Shown in pieces: positions 47,913 to 53,388 of a stretch of DNA of 54,154 nucleotides. Both the position numbers and the translations under genes were made by a program. Under the pieces are notes generated by a model. It saw only the letters and a list, made by a program, of their open reading frames with translations, did no database searches and was not told the origin of the DNA. Numbering within the stretch: the stretch's first letter is position 1; each line of letters starts with the position of its first letter. Source of the stretch: Victivallaceae bacterium (GTDB lineage: Bacteria; Verrucomicrobiota; Lentisphaeria; Victivallales; Victivallaceae); assembly GCA_045605205.1 (NCBI GenBank), contig JAZUPO010000229.1, positions 1 through 54,154 on the forward strand, in the 5' to 3' direction.

Positions 47913-49114
47913 CACTTCACCTCCAATTCGCCGGTCATCAGCTTGGGCAATAAATTATCACGAGCCTCTTGTGTTGCATTGATACATTGTTGGGAATCAT
48001 ATATTTTTTTGAAAATGGGAGCTGTCAATTTTGAAAATGCAGATATTAAATCTGTATCTGGTAAAATAAACGGCATAGCTTTTATGATAGATGAGTTTAC
48101 TGCTTTTGAAATTGATGATGTATTACCCAATGTGTCGTACTCAAAGTTTTTAAGATATAAATATGTGTATTCCCGCATCCACTCTTCATCAATGTAAAAA
48201 TGGGCGATGGCTTCGTTTGTACAACACGGAGTTGTTGCTATAGAAACTCGTCCGAGAGTTAATTTAAAACTCAACAAAATAGTCCCGACAGGTACTTTTT
48301 TTACATTGTATTTATTTATTGAATCTGCAGTCAGACCTTCAGTAGTGAAAAAAACATAAGCGCCACTATTGCCCATATCAGAAATGGATACCCATGGGAT
48401 ACCATTATTACCATCCGTGAAACATTGGCTTTCTGAACGAGGAGGTGTTTTGCCAATGGTAATATTGAAAAAATCTATTGCTTTCCCTGTTCGCCATCCA
48501 TCGGGGATGCCGTTGACGATGGGGGTGGTTTCGTGGCCGGGGAAGCGGAGGTCGATGAACCATTCTTTATAGAGCCGCTGGGCGGCTTCTTCCAGAAGCT
48601 TGATCTGTTTCCGGTTGTTTTCAATCAAATCATCATACGCCGAAAGCATATCTGCGATTTTTTGCTGAACCTCAAGCGGCGGAAGATTGTCTACATTCAT
48701 TTCACGAATTGTCGGAAGGTTTACATGAGCCACTGTTGCTCCATTGGCGGTACCAAGCAATTTGTATTGCTGCTCCGAAGCAAGCAGATAGTAAACCAAG
48801 TAGTCCGGACAAACTTTTTCCGGATTAGGGCGAATCAAAACAGTTCTTTGCCCTAAACACATTTTTTCATTGTTTTTTATAATTGCAGCATTTCCAGCAG
48901 GTGCTTCCCGAGCAAAAATTATATCATCATTTTGCGGGATAGCTCGCGCACATCGGGCTTGATACACCTTTTCAGAAACTCGATGTACCCCTTCCAAGTT
49001 AAAACGCCCCAAGCCAATATTGGGGGTTCTGATGAGTGGAATTCCGCTTCCCTCATCCGGAGCCGTTGAGTGGGGGCAGTCAACAATAAAATGACAAATA
49101 TCTTGTAATTTCAT
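47912..49114 (-). CDS. hsdS: Type I restriction-modification specificity subunit S
   Basis: It has two target-recognition domains separated by the conserved helix LPPLEVQQKIADMLSAYDDLIENNRKQIKLLEEAAQRLYKEWF. The C-terminal conserved helix is ...QEARDNLLPKLMTGELEV. Confidence 0.92.
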   Translation of the reverse strand: MKLQDICHFIVDCPHSTAPDEGSGIPLIRTPNIGLGRFNLEGVHRVSEKVYQARCARAIPQNDDIIFAREAPAGNAAIIKNNEKMCLGQRTVLIRPNPEKVCPDYLVYYLLASEQQYKLLGTANGATVAHVNLPTIREMNVDNLPPLEVQQKIADMLSAYDDLIENNRKQIKLLEEAAQRLYKEWFIDLRFPGHETTPIVNGIPDGWRTGKAIDFFNITIGKTPPRSESQCFTDGNNGIPWVSISDMGNSGAYVFFTTEGLTADSINKYNVKKVPVGTILLSFKLTLGRVSIATTPCCTNEAIAHFYIDEEWMREYTYLYLKNFEYDTLGNTSSISKAVNSSIIKAMPFILPDTDLISAFSKLTAPIFKKIYDSQQCINATQEARDNLLPKLMTGELEVK

Positions 49115-49138
49115 TTGTTCACCTCGCGAGCTGTTTTT

Positions 49139-49167
49139 ATAAGTCTTATATGGCTCATAAGTCTTAT
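49139..49167. repeat. Two copies of the 11-bp palindrome ATAAGTCTTAT, 18 nt apart, in the four-helix-bundle/hsdS intergenic region
   Basis: The copies lie at 49139-49149 and 49157-49167. Related copies, ATAGGTCTTAT at 49470-49480 and ATAGGACTTAT at 49488-49498, lie inside the four-helix-bundle gene with the same 18-nt phasing. Confidence 0.8.
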
Positions 49168-49181
49168 TTTTACTGCCTCTC

Positions 49182-49850
49182 TCATTGTTTCCCGCCTTTC
49201 AGCAGATTTGCCGCTTCTTCGATTTTTTTAAGCAATGATTCATTGCCGTATTGAGAAACTTCCCGGTAGATTTCCCGGAGGAGTGATAAGACCTTTTCCT
49301 GTTTTGCATTACGGCTGCCTACTCTTGCATTATACATTCTTTCCCGCAAGCCGCCTTTTTCAGCGAAACTCTCTGCTAATGATTTCAGTTGCCGGTCAAG
49401 CAGATAATTGGTCTGGTGGATCAGCGAAATCATCGTGTTGCAGAAAAGCTCGGCATTGTCGGGGGCTAAATAGGTCTTATAAGTCTCATAGGACTTATTT
49501 TTTTGTTTTGCCAACTCTCTGATTTGCACGATCCGCTGATCGTTTTTATCCCACAAAGGCAACCTGTGTACTCGCAAATGATCCCGGTAATCTTCCAGCA
49601 ATTCCTCAAGACTCGCCCGGGCAACACCGATCAGTTTGATTTCGGTTTCACAACTGATCCCGGAGGCGGAACAACCTTCAATAATATTCTGTTTGCCGCT
49701 TCGTGCCGCCTGTATCATCTGATCAATAGTCCGATCACCTTTTTGCAAGTACCACTGACAAAAATTATTGGTGGCATCAAATATAACCACACTGTTCTGA
49801 TAAGACTCCAGTTCCTGATAATTGCCGTGGCTCTGGATAATTTCATTCAT
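49182..49850 (-). CDS. Four-helix-bundle protein (23S rRNA intervening-sequence-protein family) with C-terminal suffix domain
   Basis: A 222-aa protein. The pattern Y....V.IFD.T..F........RT.DQM.QAARSGKQNI.EG and its location between hsdM and hsdS fit the TIGR02436-type family (from memory). It overlaps hsdM by ATGA. Confidence 0.6.
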   Translation of the reverse strand: MNEIIQSHGNYQELESYQNSVVIFDATNNFCQWYLQKGDRTIDQMIQAARSGKQNIIEGCSASGISCETEIKLIGVARASLEELLEDYRDHLRVHRLPLWDKNDQRIVQIRELAKQKNKSYETYKTYLAPDNAELFCNTMISLIHQTNYLLDRQLKSLAESFAEKGGLRERMYNARVGSRNAKQEKVLSLLREIYREVSQYGNESLLKKIEEAANLLKGGKQ

Positions 49851-51850
49851 ATCCCCAGCTCCTTGAAGTTGGCAGAGATTTGCGCCATCAGCTCATTGGA
49901 TTGCTGTTGCAAGGTCAGCAGTTCAGCGTGGATTTCGTGCATTCTTTCGGAGAAATCCACTCCGTCATCTTTCGCTTCGGCAACTCCGACGTATGCTCCC
50001 GGAGTCAGGGACCAGTTTTTTCCTTCAACTTCGGTGCTATCCGCAATTTTACACAAACCGGGAATATCGGCATACTTGCCTTCAGTACCAAATTTGCCGG
50101 TCAGCCAGTTGGCCTCCTGCAAAATGGTGATATAGGCATTAATAAATTCTGCAGCCGCTTCGCCTCTTTGTTCCAAAGCCTTATTGAAAGCATTCAGGCG
50201 GTTGAAACCTGCATCTTTCAGTTTGTCTTTCTGTGTCGCCGGGTTGTTGGCATAGTTTGCCAACAACCCCGCAGTACACTTTTTGTGAATTTCAGCAGCT
50301 GTTTTCAATGCTTCCATTAAGGCTTCAGACTTTACCAATGTTTCCGGTGTCATCGCCAGCAGATCTTTACAGAGATGATCGATTGCACAGTCAAAGTGTC
50401 CGATACGGTCAGCATCCAACAGCTGCCGATATTCTTTGACGGCTTCTTTTATTTCTTTGGCTCCATCGTGGAACGTTTTCAGATATTCAGAGATCAGATT
50501 CTGATATTTTTCCATTTCTCCACGGTACAGCCAGACAATGGCATTTAGATTTTTCAACTGCCATTCGCTCCATTCATTGAGGGTACGGTCAACTTCGGTG
50601 TAATAGCTCCGGGCATCAATGAAAAGAATTTTTTCTTGCAGAGCTTCTGCTTTCCCTTTGTCAAAGAACCACAGCGAACAGGGGAGACTTTTGGTATAAA
50701 AGAAGTTGTTGCCCACGCTGATCATCACATCAATATGTCCGGTCTTAACCAGCTGTTCTCGAATATCTTTATCTTTGCCTTGACTGTCCGTGGCACTTGA
50801 AGCCATAACAAATCCGGCTCGGCCAACCTCATTCAAATAGGCGTAGAAATAAGAGATCCACAAGTAATTGCCATTGCCCACCTCTTTTGCTTTATTTACA
50901 CCGGGCATTCCAAAAGGCAGCCGCCCGGCAGCTTCGGCTGATTCCGCTTTGACCTTATCCACATTGAAAGGCGGGTTGGCCATCACATAGTTACATTCGC
51001 CGACCAGATTGTGTGCATCGTGATAAAAGGTATTGGCTCCGTCTCCGGAAAGGATTTTTCCGTTCAACCCGTGAACTGCCATATTCATCAGGCACAGCTG
51101 GGCATTGTATTCCACCTTTTCCTGACCGTAAAAGGTCATAGTGTTGTTGGCGACCATACCGGAGTGATTGACAAAATCTCCCGTTTGCACAAACATTCCA
51201 CCCGATCCGCAGGCAGGATCAAGCAGAATGCCGGATTTGGGTTCCAGCACATTCACGATCATTTTAACCAGTGACTTGGGCGTAAAAAACACGCCGTCAT
51301 CAGACGCGATGTTCTTGGCAAACTTATTGAGAAAATATTCATAGATCCGGCCGAAGACATCTCCGCCGATCTCATCAAGAAGATTGTTGTTGAAAATCCG
51401 CAGCAGTTCCGCAAGCAGAGCATCTGAAAACATCGTGTACTCTTTGGGCAAAACACCTTGAAGCTGTTCACTCTGCTGTTCGATCAGCTCCATGGCATTA
51501 TTGACCGCCTCACCAAGACTGTTAATAGGCAGTCCATCCTGATTGATCAGCCCGGCCTCAGCGATATTCTCTGGCAGATTCACCAGATAGGGGTATTGGG
51601 CTTCTTCCGACAGAAACAATGCGCTCTTTTCTTTGAAATCACTAGCCTCCACAGGCAATACTCTGCCATTGCGAACAGGACGATGAGCAAGAATTTCTCT
51701 TTCAACCAGTTTGAAACGGCTGTAGGCGTAGCGCAAAAAGAGCAAGCCCAGAACAGGCATACAGTACTGGTTGGAGGTAAGTTTCGATTCTGCCCGGAGC
51801 AAATCTGCGGATTCCCAGAGGTCACTCTCAAGTTTTCGGATATTGATCAT
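49847..51850 (-). CDS. hsdM: Type I restriction-modification DNA methyltransferase subunit M (long form)
   Basis: The HsdM_N helix bundle (LWESADLLRA...VLGLLFLRY), the SAM motif LDPACGSGGM, the catalytic NPPF (VMANPPFN) and the C-terminal KNWSLTPGAYVG are present. Confidence 0.95.
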   Translation of the reverse strand: MINIRKLESDLWESADLLRAESKLTSNQYCMPVLGLLFLRYAYSRFKLVEREILAHRPVRNGRVLPVEASDFKEKSALFLSEEAQYPYLVNLPENIAEAGLINQDGLPINSLGEAVNNAMELIEQQSEQLQGVLPKEYTMFSDALLAELLRIFNNNLLDEIGGDVFGRIYEYFLNKFAKNIASDDGVFFTPKSLVKMIVNVLEPKSGILLDPACGSGGMFVQTGDFVNHSGMVANNTMTFYGQEKVEYNAQLCLMNMAVHGLNGKILSGDGANTFYHDAHNLVGECNYVMANPPFNVDKVKAESAEAAGRLPFGMPGVNKAKEVGNGNYLWISYFYAYLNEVGRAGFVMASSATDSQGKDKDIREQLVKTGHIDVMISVGNNFFYTKSLPCSLWFFDKGKAEALQEKILFIDARSYYTEVDRTLNEWSEWQLKNLNAIVWLYRGEMEKYQNLISEYLKTFHDGAKEIKEAVKEYRQLLDADRIGHFDCAIDHLCKDLLAMTPETLVKSEALMEALKTAAEIHKKCTAGLLANYANNPATQKDKLKDAGFNRLNAFNKALEQRGEAAAEFINAYITILQEANWLTGKFGTEGKYADIPGLCKIADSTEVEGKNWSLTPGAYVGVAEAKDDGVDFSERMHEIHAELLTLQQQSNELMAQISANFKELGI

Positions 51851-51886
51851 ATAAAACCTTTTTTCTCACATTTTTCATTTGAGGCT

Positions 51887-51914
51887 AATATAGCATTTAT
51901 TTCTCTTATTTCAA
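51887..51914 (-). promoter_or_regulatory. Putative promoter of the Type I R-M operon (TTGAAA-16-TGcTATATT)
   Basis: Minus-strand hexamers with an extended -10, about 37 nt upstream of the hsdM ATG. Confidence 0.45.
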
Positions 51915-51930
51915 ATGAAAGAACGCAAAT

Positions 51931-51966
51931 TTTTTGCTATTCTGCCATGAATTTTTGCTATTCTGC
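51931..51966. repeat. Two 15-nt direct repeats TTTTTGCTATTCTGC with 21-nt periodicity upstream of the hsdM promoter
   Basis: The copies lie at 51931-51945 and 51952-51966. On the minus strand they are about 16 nt upstream of the -35 hexamer. Confidence 0.8.
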
Positions 51967-51999
51967 AGCAAAGTTGTTTCTTCATTTCAAACTTAAAAA

Positions 52000-52251
52000 A
52001 TGACGATGAGGCCAGATCAAGAATCGTCAGAGCAGCAGAGCTCGGAGCAATCAACAGCAGTGATATTGTGCCTGTATTTAAAGAGTTCAAAGCCCCCCGG
52101 ACATCCTGAATTCTCTGAACCGACAAGGTATTCGCTGCTCAACGCCTTTACAGAGACGATCAAGAAGTACACGCCCTTGCGTGTTGATCACTCCTATATG
52201 GCCCTCAACCGTTGTTTCGGATTGGATGGCAATCGTCCTGAATTGTGGTAA
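52000..52251 (+). pseudogene. Possible C-terminal relic of a DUF932-like phage/plasmid protein
   Basis: An 83-codon ORF. Only the tail (PTRYSLLNAFTETIKKYTP...L) resembles the conserved C-terminus of DUF932-type proteins (from memory). The N-half is low complexity, and no promoter or RBS was seen. Confidence 0.2.
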
Positions 52252-52275
52252 TCAAACAAATAGAAAGGAAAAATT

Positions 52276-52572
52276 ATGGAATGTCCAATGTGTGGCAAGA
52301 AAGCCTACGTCGTAACGCAAACCCGTGGTACGACAACGCTTCTCGGTGCAGGAGCCGGAGGTTACGCTGCTGCAGCAGGAGGTAAAACAGGAGCTGTGGT
52401 CGGCAGCTTCATCTGCCCCGGTTTCGGAACAGTGATCGGTGGTCTGCTCGGAGTGATCACAGGTGCTGCAACAGGAACAGTTGCAGGAAATACCATAGGC
52501 CGTATGATCGATGAAAACGTGATGCGTCTCTATCGTTGTGAAAGCTGCAACCACCAATGGAGGGCTGCCTGA
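52276..52572 (+). CDS. Split zinc-ribbon protein with an inserted glycine-zipper segment
   Basis: A 98-aa protein with CPMCG near the N-terminus and CESCNH near the C-terminus. These bracket GAGAGGYAAAAGGKTGAVVGSF..GFGTVIGGLLGVITGAATGTVAGNTIG, a GxxxG zipper. An AAAGGA RBS is present. Confidence 0.65.
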   Translation: MECPMCGKKAYVVTQTRGTTTLLGAGAGGYAAAAGGKTGAVVGSFICPGFGTVIGGLLGVITGAATGTVAGNTIGRMIDENVMRLYRCESCNHQWRAA

Positions 52573-52682
52573 TGGATCGCTGTCCTGACTGTAACTCTGA
52601 TCGTGTCATCCCCTGGAATGACGGTTATATCTGCTGCGACTGTGGTACGGAGTTTGATGAACCGGAATCACCAGAGTATTAA
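52572..52682 (+). CDS. 36-aa zinc-ribbon peptide
   Basis: Not in the ORF track. It encodes MDRCPDCNSDRVIPWNDGYICCDCGTEFDEPESPEY (CxxC...CxxC). Its ATG shares one base with the upstream TGA (TGATG). A weak terminator follows. Confidence 0.5.
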   Translation: MDRCPDCNSDRVIPWNDGYICCDCGTEFDEPESPEY

Positions 52683-52691
52683 CTGAATTTA

Positions 52692-52720
52692 AGAGAGTTT
52701 TTCCGGACTTTCTTTTTTTT
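52692..52720 (+). terminator. Weak terminator after the zinc-ribbon pair
   Basis: An AT-rich 7-bp stem AGAGAGT / ACTTTCT (one wobble) followed by a T7-8 run. Confidence 0.3.
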
Positions 52721-52779
52721 GATTTGTTTTTTTATTTATTCGGGTGTACTTTATAATAAAGTAAAGGAGATACGCCAAA

Positions 52780-53388
52780 ATGTCACTGAAATACCCTACA
52801 ACTTCTAAAACGCTTCTGGATAAAATCGCTTCCGGTGATGAAATCAGTTGGGATGAATTTTATCTGAAGTATGCCCCCATAGTGAAAGCTCTTGCCAAAT
52901 TCAAAGGCTTGGATGCCAATGCCGCAGATGATGTCTGTCAACAGGTTATGCTGCAGTTTTTCAAGCAGAGCAAAACTTTTAAGTTTGACCCCAATATTGC
53001 CAAGTTCAGAACCTACTTCGGCAGGATCGTTAATGCAAAAATCACGAATTATTACCGTAAAAGAGGAGAAGTCTCTTCCGATGAACCCGAAGAAATTCCT
53101 GTGGATTCTGAAGAAGGCAACCTCTTTATGAATGAATGGCGGAAAGCTGTGCTTAAAGAGGCTGAACAGGTGCTGAAACAGCGGGTTGCTCCTGAAACTT
53201 TTCAGGCTTATGAATTGTACGCCATTCAGAACCGCCCCGTCAAGAAAGTTGCTGAATATCTGGACTGTTCCGAAAATCAGGTTTATCAGGCAAAGAAGCG
53301 TTGTTTCAAGATGATGAAAGAAATCCTTTTGAAGATGAACGAGACTGATCCGGATTTGCAGTTGGAGTTGTCGAAATATGAGTTATAA
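52780..53388 (+). CDS. ECF-type sigma-70 family RNA polymerase sigma factor
   Basis: A region-2-like segment (DDVCQQVMLQFF...FRTYFGRIVNAKITNYYRKR) and a region-4 HTH (VKKVAEYLDCSENQVYQAKKRCFKMM) are present. An AAGGAG RBS is present. Confidence 0.8.
   Translation: MSLKYPTTSKTLLDKIASGDEISWDEFYLKYAPIVKALAKFKGLDANAADDVCQQVMLQFFKQSKTFKFDPNIAKFRTYFGRIVNAKITNYYRKRGEVSSDEPEEIPVDSEEGNLFMNEWRKAVLKEAEQVLKQRVAPETFQAYELYAIQNRPVKKVAEYLDCSENQVYQAKKRCFKMMKEILLKMNETDPDLQLELSKYEL

Larger units (their letters stand above)
41217..51884. mobile_element. Putative ~10.7-kb accessory/defence island between imperfect direct repeats (no integrase seen)
   Basis: It is bounded by 41184-41216 and 51885-51916, which share ATTTGAAATAA...GAAAT.AAT...TATATTAG on the minus strand. 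Its content is a YagK-like relic, the DUF3791/DUF3990 cassette and the Type I R-M operon with accessory genes. Confidence 0.3.

Noticed and set aside
47912-49114. A phase-variable hsdS shufflon (inverted partial hsdS copies plus a recombinase).
   Set aside because: There is only one hsdS gene. I saw no inverted hsdS-like repeats and no tyrosine or serine recombinase in the window. The compositional break is better explained by a past TRD swap.
49105-49850. A 10-nt repeat AATGAAATTA at the hsdS start (around 49114) and just after the hsdM stop (around 49846). It might be a second cassette-insertion scar flanking the four-helix-bundle gene.
   Set aside because: Ten AT-rich nucleotides that include a start codon are too short to distinguish from chance. 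It is noted only because it parallels the convincing 23-nt hsdR duplication.
51915-52003. Two mini-ORFs (MKERKFFAILP and MNFCYSAAKLFLHFKLKK) spanning the 15-nt direct repeats.
   Set aside because: They have no RBS, and their similarity is a by-product of the DNA repeat. The repeats are better explained as protein-binding sites.
52000-52251. Treating the 83-aa ORF as a functional gene.
   Set aside because: It has no RBS or promoter and a low-complexity N-half. Only the last ~35 residues look like a known family tail. It is kept only as a low-confidence relic.
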